Shown: positions 1-18,627 of the stretch, piece after piece | How positions within the stretch are numbered: the first letter of the stretch is position 1 | Layout: each line of letters begins with the position of its first letter | NCBI RefSeq assembly: GCF_009914755.1 | Contig: NC_060926.1 | DNA: 64,000 nucleotides | Direction: 5' to 3' (one strand) | Source: the human T2T-CHM13v2.0 reference genome, Homo sapiens | Notes under the pieces: generated by a model | Told to the model about the DNA's origin: nothing | Database searches by the model: none | What the model saw: the letters and a program-made list of their open reading frames with translations, nothing else | Position numbers and translations under genes: made by a program

Positions 1-206
1 CAGCCTTTTTCATTAAAACAATTATTTAGTAATCTTCAAAATACCATGCTACTCCAAACTCTCTCAGTCACAGAAGAGTTTAAACATTTGCTGTATAATT
101 TTAAATAGGCAAAATAAGCCTCTCGTTGTCCCCATTTCCTATGATCCATTTTCCTGACTTATCTGTAAATTTCCTCTAATAACTAGAGACAAAGCCAGTA
201 CATTGG

Positions 207-1758
207 TGATGGCAGTGGCTGACTGTCTGGAGCGCGGCTGCGAAAATGCGGGCTGCAGCAGGGGAGGTGTGGCTGGGGCTGAGCCCTCCTGGGAGCCGGT
301 GGGAGCTGGGAACAGGAGGAAGCCCCGCCACCTTCCAAGTTGGAGTGGTGGGAGCCCCGCTCTCCTGGGCACAGCTGCAGCCACCCAGCCATGGCTGCAG
401 ACCCAGGTATCTTTGCACTATCGGGGGCGGGAACCCCCCAACGCCCACAGGCTTGAAAGTGCCTGGTCCTGCTGGTTGGCCTCTCCCCACTCCCAGTGCC
501 CACACCAATTTTGGAGCAAAGTTGTGGCCAAGCCCAGGGTGCTTTCACAACCCAACCAGATGTGGAGGTGCTTGGGGCAGCACCGACACGCCAGCCCCCT
601 GTTGCCTCGGCCTCCTTTAGACATTGGGTGCTGATGAGCACAGGAGGGAGGCCAAGAGGGGGCTAAGGGCAGCTTAGCTTGTGTCTGCAGGTGCCTCTTG
701 GCATGAACAGCCTGAGCGCCATGGGCACAGTGGACAGCAGGTAATGGCAGCAGGAGGCAGACACGGTCCCTGGTGGAAAAGGGCAGGTCCACGGTGAAAC
801 CCCACCTTCAGGCCAGGAACTGCCTTAAGCCTGGGGGCTGGGAGTGAGAACTTACTGTGCTTTTTCCAGGGCCACCCATGGCCACCCATGGCCCAATCAG
901 CATGCCCTTCCTCCCCTCTGAACCCCCATAAAAACCCGGACTCAGCCAGACTCAGGCAGATGATGGGACGACCTGCCTGCGGAGAGGAGCTACCCACTGT
1001 GGGTCTTCTCTCTTCTGAGAGCTACACACTCGTCCGGACAACTTGCCTGCGGAGAGGAGCTACCCGCTGCCGATCTCTCTGAGCTGTCCTGCAGCTCAAT
1101 AAAGCATCTCTTCACCTTGATCACCGTCCAGCTGTCTGTGTACCTCATTCTTTCTGGATGCAGAACAAGAATTCAGGATCCCCTTAATTGGGGGGCTGAA
1201 AGAGCTGTAGCACAAACAAGGCTGAAATATGGCCCTTACTTGCCTCCTTGCAGGAGATGAGAGGAAGAGAAAAGAGAAAGGGAGAAGAGCTGTGGCCCTT
1301 CAGAAGCCCAGACCTAGGAGTTCCCTGATCCAGGACTGTGACACCCTCTTTGGGGCTCTGTGGTTCCTGGCATCTCTAAGCTTCCAGGCACCACTGCATT
1401 CCCTGGTGCCAGCTGTGGAAGCTGCTTGTGGTATGCCTGGTCCACCCACAGCCTTGCAGGGAGCCAGAGCCCATGCCGGCTCCTGGATCTGCCAGCCCCG
1501 CTGTAGCCAGCATGCCTGGCTCTATGCCAAGGCCGGCCACCATGCTTGCTCACTCATGCACCCCTCACTGCTTTGCTCTTGGTTCGCCCTTGGCAGACGT
1601 GGGATCTGGGCCAGTAGCATGAACCATGCACAGCCTGCCAGTCCTAGTGGGCAGAATGAACCCAGTAGGTGTGATCAAAACTCAAGCAGGGATGCCAGGA
1701 TGCCAATGGCCACAGAGGTTTCCGGCTGGTGAAATGACACCCCAAGGATCCTGTGACA
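207..1758 (+). mobile_element. Solo ERV1 LTR, MER52A-like
   Basis: GC-rich 1.55-kb island starting TGATGGCAG (207) and ending GGATCCTGTGACA (1758). Flanked by a 4-bp TSD TTGG (203-206, 1759-1762). Matches my recall of the MER52A consensus along its length. Confidence 0.88.
893..1103 (+). promoter_or_regulatory. LTR core promoter and poly(A) motifs inside MER52A
   Basis: CCAAT at 893-897, TATA-like CATAAAAA at 927-934 and AATAAA at 1098-1103, in the usual LTR order. Activity cannot be judged from sequence. Confidence 0.45.
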
Positions 1759-4230
1759 TTGGCACTCATGTTGCTGCCTTTATCACATTTATATACAGTA
1801 TGTGGATTTCAAAAACTTTCTCAAAAATTGTGTGGAAATGTAATTATAAAATTGCACAATTGTATAATATAATTATAAAATGTTTTCTACATGTGTTTTC
1901 CTGCATTAAGTATTCTACAAGATTGAAGCAATCATCAGTATTGAATGAATTAGTTATATTGGTAAAAGTTTTATTTAGTTTCTGAATGCTGACACTTAGA
2001 CATAGTTAAAGACTTTTAGAGACTATATTCTAATAGGATGGATATTCCACTGGCGAATGTAATGGTAGTACACATAGTACAGAATTTTCAGAAGTTTAGT
2101 GAATTGACAATTAAAACATACTTTAAAAAATCTGTATGTTGATATATATAGAATATACTCTCCATCATATGTTCACTAGTGTAACCTAAATCTACTTTTA
2201 GTCCCACTCTTTTAGGAGTATGGGGGTAGGGTTTATATGTGTGATTCCTTTTCTGAGATGAATTTGTGTTTTCTCAAAGAAAAAATTTACTGAACTAGAT
2301 GTAAGATGTCTTACATTCAGTTCTTACTCTATTCTGTTACTAAGTGTATGTGCAACTGTAGAAAACACACTAATTCTCTTTAAGATTAGTTTCTAATTTT
2401 GGACAACGAAAAGACAACTCTGTGATCTCCAAAGCTGTAAGACTAATTAATCTATTTTGCTTGTGCCATTCTGTGTTCCTTTTAATTATTACTTATATGA
2501 ATTCCGTATGAATAGATATTTGCTGTGAAAGAAACGTAAGCAAATAACTCAAGTAGAAACAAAAGCCCAAACCCATTTGAAATATTTATCCATATTTTAA
2601 AATTTCAATATATGTATCTATATTTATATCTATACTTATACATGTATAACTTCTGCATTTTTTCAGCATAAATTAACTGTATGATGTCTTTTATTCTTTG
2701 GCCTACTTATTCACTTATCAATTTTTCTAGGATAATTTTATTTATTTGTAAATATGCAAAAATACAGATTATTTTTGCCATATACAAGTTATTTTATTCT
2801 ATGATACATCCTTGTTTTCATTTCACTTCTCTATGTTTTATATCTATCTTTTTAGTGATGACTTGAAATTTGTATGACATTTAATATTAAATTGAATACC
2901 CTACAAAAGCAATGAAAAATAACTGCTTCAGTCTGATCAGACTTCTCTTACCTAAAATGTTCTTTTTCCCATATAATGTATTTAACCATATGTTATATCT
3001 CCCAAATAAGTCATTGTTTAGATATCTTTAGTACATCTAATGCCTGTTTAAATTTACCTACATATTTACTATTGCTCTCATTATTTAACTATTGTATCTC
3101 AGTCACTCCCTTATTTGGTTGTTTAAGTAAAAATTTATTAGTGGTGAAGTCCCTCAGTTGTTCCCTCAAAATAATTTTAACTTATCCTTGTCCTTTACTG
3201 ACGTTAAAAGCACTTATAATTCTGGGTTAATAGTGGTTTCTCTCGGCATTCTAATAATACACTGTGCTGTATTCTTTATTCTTGCTTCAGAAAAGTTTGC
3301 ATTCTATTTAATTGTCACTCTACTTTTTCTCTGGCTGTTTATAAGAATTATTTTTCTCTAGTGTAATACACATTTAGGATAATGTATTTCTTTAAGTGTG
3401 AATTTACATTTTTCTTCTTCTCATTGTGCTTGCGCAATTTAAGAATGTGTTTTACACATTTTGAAAAATAACTTGCTCTTATTTCTTTGAACATTGCTTC
3501 TTTCCTTCTATTGTTATTGTTTCATTCTGAAACTGTTTGAGATAAAATTTGACCTATCATTTTCTATGAAGTTTTTTCTTATTTTGTATTTTCCCTCTCT
3601 ACATGTCCCATCCACTTCCAAAGCATAATTAAAATAAATAAAATTTTATTTTATGTTTTTAACAAAATTTCAAAACTATACATCACATATATATTCATGA
3701 GTGATTTCGCTTGATTTTTAAAAAAATCTACATTAAAAGATAAATTTCAGTAAATTATCAGAGTTGTTTAGTATCTTTATTTCCTTATATGATATTTACA
3801 TAATACTCTATTCAGGTTATAAATACTGTAAAATCCCTGGCTTGATCACTATACAAGTAACAAAATTGCACTTGTATCTCATACATTTGCATACATAAAA
3901 AAGACGTGCAAAAAATGAAAATATAAAATAGTTATGAGGGCAAGAAAGGTTTGATTCTTTATTATGTTTAATTTTATTCTATTTCATTCCAAAATATTTT
4001 GATTATTGGCATTAAGTTGCAAAAGCTGTATTAGCAACAATTACTAAGGTTTAATTGTAACTTTGACTCTCCTTTCTTAAATTCCTTCTTCCTTGAGTTG
4101 GAATATATCCTCAAGTCATATCCATAGTATGAGACAAAACATTTGCAACCAGTATAACCTTAAACGAATTGTATCTAAAATATGTAAAGAAGAGTTGCAA
4201 TCAATTAAGACAGGAAATACAAAAAGAAAG

Positions 4231-4287
4231 TGCACAGACTGAGCAACAGAGCGAGACTCCATTTAAAAAGAAAAGAAAAAAGAAAAA
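4231..4287 (+). mobile_element. Alu 3' remnant (last ~35 bp plus A-rich tail)
   Basis: CTGAGCAACAGAGCGAGACTCCATTT followed by an AAAAAGAAAAG tail. The rest of the Alu is absent. Confidence 0.7.
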
Positions 4288-4438
4288 GTCCAACTCTGCC
4301 TCACTTACTCTCTGGTGTCTGCATGGCTTATTATTCTAGGTTATGGGACAAGAACCCAGCACTCGCTGGCGGTGAGAGTAAAAGAGCTGTAACACTCCCT
4401 CCTGCTTGCTGAACAACAGGAGTGAAAAAGCTGCAACA
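4285..4438 (+). mobile_element. 3' (U5) fragment of an ERV1 LTR related to MER52/LTR27/LTR28
   Basis: Contains GGGACAAGAACCC and AAAGAGCTGTAACAC, similar to the U5 of the MER52A copy near 1160-1212. Ends in GCAACA. Confidence 0.6.
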
Positions 4439-4702
4439 CTAAGAATGAATTCCACATTGTGAAAAGGTTGAAAAAAAAAAGAGTAAAATAAAATGTTATG
4501 ACATATCCAATTACATAAAATTCAAGTTTCAGAGTCTATATAGGTTTTATTGAAACCCAGCCACCCCGCTTTGATTGCATTTGTTTATGCCTGTTTCAGT
4601 GTTATAATGGAAGAATTGAGTAGTTGTGAAAGAGAATACATGGCCTGAAAATCTAAAATATTTCTCTTCTAGCCCTTTGCAGAAGATGGCTGTTAGTCCC
4701 TA
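4439..4702 (+). mobile_element. MER58B (hAT-Charlie), 5'-truncated
   Basis: Motifs AAGAATG, TTTTATTGAAACCCAGCCAC, GAGTAGTTGTGAAAGAGA and CTAAAATATTT..GCCCTTTGCAGAA in consensus order. Confidence 0.7.
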
Positions 4703-4719
4703 GTTCTGATGATGGGCCT

Positions 4720-5620
4720 AAGAGCCAAGGTCACCTGGTCACATGCTGTGAGAAGTCTAAGCCTTGAGGAGAAAAATTAGACCCTAATTAATACCGATTT
4801 CTTTTCCCTAATGCAGGGAAAATGTGTGACCATACTAGTTGGATGTGAAAATCGCTACCTGCCAATCACTGTTATGCATCTCCTCTTTCCTCCCTTGTTA
4901 AAAGGAGTGTTTACTCCAGGTATCTCCCCATTTTACTTTGACTGATGAGAGACAGACAACATTTCACTTTAATTTACAGACCATCAGTGTTATGGAATCC
5001 ATATTCAAGGTACCTTATCCACACTTGATACTAACGTAGTTATTGAGATCATGGACTTTAAGGTGATGTGTAATGGAATAAGACATCATATCCAAGATCT
5101 CAAGGCAAGACTGAGTGCAACTTACATGGGCTGCTTATGTAAATCATCATGGCCAGAGTTTCTCCACAACATCTGCCATTCTGTATGCTCTGACTTTGTC
5201 ACACCTCCTGGAAGGTCTCTATTTGCTCTCTCAAAAATCTGAATGAGCCCAGTGATAGATGTGCTCATTAGAATACAGAAAAAAGTGATACTCAGGCTTT
5301 TATTTTCTACCTTTTTGAAAACCAACTTCCAACTAAGAAAAGCTACTACTCTAAACCTGCCATGCTGTGAAAATTCCAAGCAAGGATTAGCACCAAGAGA
5401 CCAGTGAGCACGAAAGCAATATAAAGAGGCCATCTTCCAAGTGCATGGCCTTCCATTCACATTTGGCCAAGTTGATGACACAAGGTTCAGATTTAAGCTG
5501 ATGCCACAGTGGTTCATGATTCCACTGAACCCTTCCCAAATTCCTGTTGCACAAAATCTTGAATAGGATAAAAACATTACTAAGTTTTGAGTAGTGGTTA
5601 TGGAGCAATAGCCATTGCAA
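4720..5620 (+). mobile_element. Ancient MaLR (MLT1H/J-type internal end plus LTR), decayed
   Basis: TTGAGATCATGGACTTTAAG resembles an MLT1 internal end. CCTGCCATGCTGTGA and CCCAAATTCCTG..ACTAAGTTTTG..GCAATAG are MLT1 LTR motifs. Boundaries approximate. Confidence 0.45.
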
Positions 5621-6249
5621 GTGTCTATTATTCATGATTTCTGGGTCTGTTTACAAAGTTTACATGCAAACTTGAGCATCAGAGTGGTTCTCTAAATATG
5701 AAGTAGATCAACTGGAATTTCAAACCAGGTCTGATTAACTTTAAATTTTGTGATCCTCTCACAGTGATTCCATATTTTCAGGCCACATATAAAAAATGAG
5801 AGTGATGGGAGCACCCACAGACCTTTTAGGATTTTTAGTTTGTCAGCTTAGGGGATTTTCAGCTCATTTTTTTCATACATTTATTTATTTGTTCCATAAA
5901 TAAAAAATGCCAGGCACTAGTCTAGATACTACATATTTAAAGTGGACTGAAATAGATACAACCTAGTCCTAACAGAACATATACTTTAGTAAGACAGATT
6001 GATATCAATAAAATAATTACCCAAATAATCAATGTGATTAATTAAAAGTATTATAATTAAAATTGAGAAATGAAATGAAATTCAATCATTTGTAAACAAA
6101 CGTTATAAAAATTATAATTTAAGACTTACTGTCTGCCCAATTTTATTTAAATGGTGAGTATAAAATAATGACAAATGAGATTCAGTCTTTTTGGTCAAAA
6201 AATCATTTTACTGCAGTGGAAAAACAGAAATATGTAAGAAAAGCATAAC

Positions 6250-10276
<4,027 letters not shown>

Positions 10277-10407
10277 GAAAAGCATAACATTATAATATCG
10301 GTTGAAAATATTGTATAGAGACTTAGTCTGTTTAATAGCTTCGTTGGGAAAGTAATTCTTGAGGAAGTGAACTTGAGCTCATAAATGAAGTTAGGTAGGA
10401 ATAAACC

Positions 10408-10533
10408 AGGGTGAGTTGCTATCCCCAGGCATTCCCAAGTTTGCCCAGGGGTTAAAAGTGTTCCCAGAACATGATACTTTCACTGCTGAAAAAGCAAAAG
10501 TACTGGGAAAACCAGGGAAAGCTAGTCACTTCA
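10408..10533 (+). mobile_element. MER81-like (hAT-Blackjack) MITE
   Basis: AGGGTGA..GTTTGCCCAGGG..ACTTTCACTGCTGAAAA..GGGAAAACCAGG..GTCAC, decayed. Confidence 0.55.
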
Positions 10534-12194
10534 AAATAAACTAAATATAAATATGGAAATATATATTCCTAATAAACAGCACATAAAAAGCCTTGAGGTT
10601 GAAAGGGAAAAAGACACATTCTAGAAGGAGAAACAGGGGCTTTAAAATCAGTTTCTTCAAATAACCAATTATGCCAAAATTGTTTATTAAATAACCATTC
10701 TTTCTCACTGATTTCAAATGCCATATTTATTGTATAATAAATATTTTTGTTGAACAGGTTTTTTTTTTGTAATTTGGGGGGCATTTATTCATCTATTCCT
10801 GTGTCAATACTAATCATTTGTAAATATTGTAGAAATAACCATAGGTAAAAATTCATATGCAAATCTATAATTGTTATGTAAGTAAAAGTATCAAAATAGA
10901 TAAAGTATTATAGCTTTTCTTTGAAAATGCTGTTAGAGTTTTCTAGCATTGGGGAAAAATCAAAATTAAGCTATTTTAAGTATGCTTTGGTTTAAATATG
11001 CCACTAAATCATCATAATTTGTACATATCTGTTTAATTTTTGAACTCCTTTTTTTCTAACTAGGTCATAAAAGGATTCTAACCAATAAGAGATAAGCCCT
11101 CAGATCTTATATAAAAATATTGGAAGATAGAAACCATTTAGAAACATATTTGCTTCAGATAAACATGAATAGAAAGGATGAATTCTCCAGGAGAGCTGGA
11201 AATCATCAGAGAGAAGGAATAAGGCTTCTGGCAAGAATATTTGCTAGCTTGTAAGACTCTAAACTTCAAAATTTTCTGATGTTTTTTTTCTAAAAAACAA
11301 CCTTGAAATCAAAATTTAGGGTTGAACATTACCAAATTATACACAGTATGTGTGTGAGATAATGCCTTAGGGCTGAATTGTACTGAGATTATATGATTTT
11401 ACACTATGTAGAAACAAATAATTCAAAGAATATTAGTATACTGTTAGTTTTAGGAAATTCTGAATATTTCATATAACAGTTTTCCTGCTGAAAGGAGTAA
11501 ATGATAAATTTAGTGAAAACGATAAGTTAACAGCAACAAGAGACATTTACCCTTCAAATTCTTTCAGTAAATTCATTTTACTTTCTGATCATAATTTAAA
11601 CTGGCTGAAACTTGATTTAGCTTTGGTCAAGGTTGAATCTTTACACACTCCTGAAAGAATGTGGTTTATTGTAGCATTGATCTTTCCTTCCTGCTTAGAA
11701 TGTATTTTTTTCTGATTTAAAGAGGAAAATTTTCAGCCACTGGGGATCATGAGGCTGATCATTATATCAAAGTATTTCAGAGTTGCTGGATAAGTGATTT
11801 CCTGGTGTTAGAAGATACTTTAACGCATTGTCAGAAACCAACCATTTTATAATGACTTGTTTAAAAATTGCTGTTGTTCTTGAGTGTTTGACATTTGACA
11901 AGTATTTATTTCAGGAAAATTAGCAGGAAACATACCTCAAAAGCACATGGTGTGTTTTTCTGTTTGCAATGATTTTTTTCTCAGACAATCTTCAGATATT
12001 TTTCAATTCCTACAAAAACCCAGTAATTTATTGTAAACATTGCTTTTACTTGTATTGGAATAATAAGAGTTGAATAGTGTGTTATCTCAAACAATGTAAT
12101 CAAACAAAATATGTGATACACAAAGATATTGTTTTGACTATTTCTTAGTTTTCCTTGTTGTGGTTGCATTGACATCATTTTTCCTTCATAAAAT

Positions 12195-12540
12195 TTTTTC
12201 ATAGAAGTCTTTTTTTAGTGTTAATAGTAAAATTGAGAGGAAGAGAGATTTCCAATATATCTTTTGTCCCAACACATGCATAGCCTCCTCCATTACCAAT
12301 ATCTCTCACTAGAGTGACAGATTTGTTACAATTGATCGGTCTACAGTGACACATCATAACTACCCCAAATCCATAGTTTACCTTAGGGTTCAGTCTTGGT
12401 GTTGTACATTTTATGAGTTTAGACAAATGTATAACACATATGTCCACCATTATAATACCATTCAAAGTATTTTCACTGCCCTAAAAATCCTCTCAACCCT
12501 GCCTATTCATCCCCTCTCCCATTCCTGGCAATCACTGATC
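12195..12540 (-). mobile_element. L1MC/L1MD-type 3' end fragment
   Basis: CCATAGTTTACCTTAGGGTTCA..CTTGGTGTTGTACATT and TTCACTGCCCTAAAAATCCTC motifs. Confidence 0.7.
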
Positions 12541-13747
<1,207 letters not shown>

Positions 13748-15479
13748 CTATTTCTAAACCAACAAAAATATAGTTCACCCTAGACAGCAAAATGAGACCT
13801 TAATAAATTATTCATTGGTTCTACCTGGAGCTAGATCTTTTTCTGTGCTACATGTTACTACCTAGAACAAGAATTGAATTTTTGAGGAGCCTATGTAATT
13901 TTTAAGTTTAATTTGTTTAAATTTAGTAAAACGTCCAGAACTATATATAAAAATTTAAATTATTCTATTACTATAGTTGTCTTTTAGCCATTATGATTTG
14001 ATATGTTGTCATCACTGAAAATTTTTGAAAGTATTGACGTGGAAGGATTGGAGAGGCTTCAAAGATGACATTTGCAGCTGTCAGTTACCAACACTGTACA
14101 GATTGGAGGACTAATTTTTCTCCTTGATCTCCTTGAGATGCTCTTCAGATAACACAATTTTCACAATATGAAATTATTTCAAAATATTGATTTATCACGA
14201 AATATAAAATTAAGCTAAAAATATATTCATGACAATCATTCTAACCCTCTGCTTTCTTTGAAAATAAGTGACTTTAATTATAGTTTCAATAATGAAAAAA
14301 CAGTTCACAACTGGAAATATATAATAGTCTGAAGTGAATGTGAAAGAAAGAATATTATTTTTACATGTTTATCATAGCATGAAACAGCATTAAAACAATA
14401 GTGCAGATGTTTGCATTTGAGATTTTACAATAGAGGCAGGCATAATTTGATGATAATTTAATGTAGTAATTAGATGAAACTATATTAGATGCAAAAATGT
14501 AATTGTATAACATTATGTAATAAATAAAAGTGTGAATATTTAAACTAAATTATTGTACATGTGCAACATTTGTATTCTTTGTATTCAGAAACCTCATTAA
14601 AAGGTACATGCATTAATCTAATAATCTCAAAATTAATAGAATTTTCTGGAGAACAGAGGCTATATGATTTTTGTTTGTGTAGCCCCCTCAGCACCAAGCA
14701 GAGTTCTAATGTAATTTTTGTTATAGACAAAAATAAAATATCTTATTATAGACAATAAATACATGTGCACAGAGCCAAGTATAAAATATATTTATAATTT
14801 ATAACCCTAAAGTTTTAGAAAGATATATAAAAAGTAGGAGGTTTTTAAAATAAAGGCATTATGCTTACTTGAAAAATCATTGTTTATAGAAAAAGGTGAT
14901 ATAATGATAGGGATAGCCCCATGCCCTAATTGTTTAGTCCTGTCTTCCTTTAAAATGACTAGCCTTGATGATTTAATGTATCATTCGTTAACAGAAAAAG
15001 AAAGGAATAATCTCTGGAAGCACAGTGGATGGAGATAGGGCAGTGTATTGGAAAACTTTACTTAATAGGAAAAACTGTTTGCTAGGGACATAATAAGCCA
15101 GAAAGAGCATTGCTTCCATCCTCTCAACAACAGCAACCAGGACAATCTGCACATCCACAGGCATTCTTGCATCAATCAGAGCAATTAACTAACCCAAAAC
15201 CAAAGGAAAAACAAAGACCTTCAAGAAGAAATAAACATGGGCACTTGTTTACCTGAAACAGATGCAGTCAGACATTGGTAACAACTCAACTAACATTATT
15301 AAGATATTGGAAAACGCTCAGTGTAGGCTTGTGAGAGAATATGGCATTCCTGGGGTCATGGATGTTAAGAAAATTTCACACCCACGTGTTGAGTTGAAAT
15401 AGGCATGGTAGGAATATCTCACCATGGAAAAGGGTGGATTTATTTTTCTGTTGTTCATACTTAAGAAAAACGACAGATA

Positions 15480-15910
15480 AAATATTGATAATGTAGATTA
15501 AACTTAAAAGTATATTGTGTCAGTAGCCATTACTTTATGACTAACACAAAACTGAGAAAATACACTTTCACTGTTTAAAAAAACACTGTCAAATCCAGTA
15601 ATTAAATCAATCAGGTCATTGATAAATGAAGTTTTAACGTAGCATTGTGGTTTCACTTTTGATTGACTTGTTAGTGTAAATGAACACATCAACCTACATT
15701 CATGTTGGAACTAAACTTATTCAAACCAAAGTTTTCATACTGATGAAAGACTGCGGTAAAAACTGATGAAAGCATTCTGTGAGACTCAGTTGGCTATATG
15801 AAAATTATAATAAAGATTATATATTTTATTATCCATTGTGATTGATATATATCCTTTATATCAGTAAAATGTATAGTAAAGTTATGTGCACATACATATA
15901 AATATATTTA
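15480..15910. mobile_element. Probable ancient hAT-Tip100 (Arthur1-like) fragment
   Basis: ATTCTGTGAGACTCAGTTGGCTATATG..ATCCTTTATATCAGTAAAAT resembles my recall of the consensus. Confidence 0.3.
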
Positions 15911-15919
15911 TTTGGGTGG

Positions 15920-16274
15920 TGTGTTAGTTCGTTTCCATGCTGCTGATAAAGACATACCTGAGACTGGGTAATTTATAAAGAAAAAGAGATTTAATGCACT
16001 CACAGTTCCATGTGGCTGGGGAGGCCTCAAAATCATGGCAGAAGACAAAAGGCACCTCTTACATGGTGGCAGATGATAGAGAAAATGAGAGCTCAGGAAA
16101 AGGGGAAACTCCTTATATCAGATCTCATGAGACTTAATCCCTACCTTGGGAACAGTATGGGGGAACTGCCCCATGATTCAGTTGTCTCCCAATGGATCCT
16201 CCCATAATACATGGGAATTACAGGAACTACAGATCAAGATGAGATTTGGGTGGGGACACAACCAAACCATACCA
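15920..16274 (-). mobile_element. THE1 solo LTR (THE1B/C)
   Basis: Runs from TGTGTTAGT..GCTGCTGATAAAGACATACCTGAGACTGGG to GAGATTTGGGTGGGGACACAACCAAACCATACCA. 5-bp TSD GGTGG/GGTGA with one mismatch. Confidence 0.9.
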
Positions 16275-16419
16275 GGTGAGATAGGAGTGGCTGTTAATCA
16301 TGTATGAGTAACACTATTGGCTATATACCATAATTTACCTATCCATTCTGTTGTCAGTGAATATTTGGGTTGTTACAATTTTTTTTGCCATTTTTCAGGG
16401 ATCTAAAATATTGCACATG

Positions 16420-16570
16420 CTCCTGTTGTCAAACTTTTCAGTGAAGGTCAAGATAGGAAATATTTTAGCTTTGCTGGCCATATGGTTTCTGTCACTACTA
16501 TTCAAGTCTATGATTGTGTGAGAAAAAGCCATAGACAATGGATGAATGAGTGGGAGCTGAATCTGGCCCA
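16420..16570 (+). mobile_element. MER58A fragment
   Basis: CAAACTTTTC..AAATATTTTAGCTTTGCTGGCCATATGG..AGCCATAGACAAT. Confidence 0.6.
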
Positions 16571-16628
16571 TTAGCATCAATGTAACAACTCCTGATCTTG
16601 GGTAACTTGGAAAAAATTGCTGGGTATG

Positions 16629-17041
16629 TGTATTCACTTGCTCAGCTACTGTAACAAAGTACCACAAAATACGTGGCTTAAATAATAGAAATGTGTTGTC
16701 ATACAGTTCTGGAAACTAGAAGTCCAATATGAAGGAAGAGATAGGATTGGTTCCTTCTGAGGACTGTGAGGAAAGCATCTGCTCCAGGCCTTTCTCCTTG
16801 GCTTGTAGATAGTTATCTTCTCCCTATCTCTTTACATCATCATCCCTCTATTATGGCTGTGTCCAAATTTCCCCTTCTTACAAGAGCCCCTGTGATATGA
16901 ATTAGAGTCTTACCCAAATGACCTTGTTTTATTTTAATTACCACTATAAAGACCACATCTCCAAATAAGGTTACATTCTGAGGTAATTGGGCATAGGATT
17001 TCAACATAAGGATTTTAGAGGACACAATTCAATCCGTAACA
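16629..17041 (-). mobile_element. MLT1B-like solo LTR
   Basis: GTAACAAAGTACCACAAA..ACAGTTCTGGAAACTAGAAGTCC through TCTCCAAATAAGGTTACATTCTGAGG..GACACAATTCAATCCGTAACA. Confidence 0.8.
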
Positions 17042-18627
17042 GTATTAAACTATTCAAACATACAAGAAAACCAAAAATTGTTTTAAAAGTGACAAGCAAT
17101 ATTTATACTTCTAAAAGGAATAATTCTTTGCCAGAACTTAATATTTTCAGACCTCTTAAGTTTTTCCACAGTCATGGATAAAAATGGAAACTTATCAAAG
17201 TTTTAATTCGCACTTCCCCAAATACTAACAACAATGAACATAGTTGATTAGCTTTTATATATGTATGTATTCAGTTTTCTTCTGTTTTTCTGGAGTTTCC
17301 ACTACTGACTTTGATGGAAGGTTTATGTTAACAAAAGAAACAAATATTTGTAGGCATTATATGTTATCTTTACTTTTCTTCTCAACTTAAAAACGGAAAT
17401 TTTTACTCTACCTTTGAATTCGTTAGTGATATCCTCCTGACTCCTTACATTCAAAATAAAACAAAAAAGTATTTCTTTCTAAATAACTATTAATAACAAA
17501 TATTCCCTTCCACAAAGATGTTATATTTCCCCTTTTTTATTTCTTGATACCAATAAAAGGTATTAGAGATATTTTCCTTTTCTAAATTCCACAACTGCTT
17601 GTCTTCCAATTTTTGGATTTTGACTAGTTTATATATTTAATCCCAAGCTATTACTGGATTTTTCTAATAAAATTTCAAAATTTATATTTAACTACTATAC
17701 TAATATATTCTCTATTATATTATCATCCAACATAACATACAATATCACTTTTATTATATGTTCAATTGCTTGTATGAATGTACTATGTCTGTACACCTAG
17801 TCTATGAAAACCACCTGTATTTTTCATATCACCTATATTGAAATATTTGTTAAAATTAGCTATTGTAATTTTAAAAAGTAAGAGTATGGGCCAAACAGCT
17901 AGGAGTAAGTCTGCCAGCAAGTTTATACATTTTAAAAATAAACATTACTAGTATCTAATGGAAGGTGATGTTGTTGGGATTAAATAAATTACAATATGAA
18001 GAAACATGTTTGATAGATAGTAAACACCAGCAACATTTATTATTGTCATTAATTGTTTTTGCTTTCTTCAAATAGAAACCATCAAATTTAAATTTTCTTC
18101 AGTCCTACAATATCCTCTTTTCTTTTTTCATCATGTCAGATGAATGAAATCTTGAGTGATTTTAGTATATGAGTGACTATCTGTTTCTTTTCCTGTGCTC
18201 TACATGTGCTTCCAGGAGTGCACTGGAGTATATAATAAGTATAGTGTTGATCTCCGTCTTTTTTTTTCTTCAACTTATGCTGTGTCTGCTCCATAGTCTA
18301 AGTTTTAAGTTTGATTCATCTTCTTAAGTTTAGTTAAACAGTGATTATTCATTGCTGTACTTATTTGCTTGTTTAAGAAAAATTACTTAATTGCTTGATT
18401 AAATTGTCTCACCTGTACAGCTTTTGAGACCTCTCTGGATACCTAAAAATTCACAGGTTGTGGGAAAAACAAATCAAACAAACAAACAGAATCTTAGGTT
18501 TTGTTTCAGTGGACTTGGTGTGGAGTCCTACCTGCTCCCAGTTCTCTCTAGAACCTGTCAGGGCAGAGATTGTCCCCTCAACCATAAACATAGATCATAA
18601 AAATTTAAGTCATTTTATAATGCCAAC

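Noticed and set aside
965-1085. Direct repeat TGCCTGCGGAGAGGAGCTACCC and tandem GCCACCCATG as a CRISPR-like or novel array
   Set aside because: Both are internal repeats of the MER52 LTR with only two copies each, in a eukaryotic context.
139-1985. Dense overlapping ORFs of 64-167 aa on both strands
   Set aside because: They lie in the GC-rich MER52A LTR, where stop codons are rare, and show no recognisable protein motifs.
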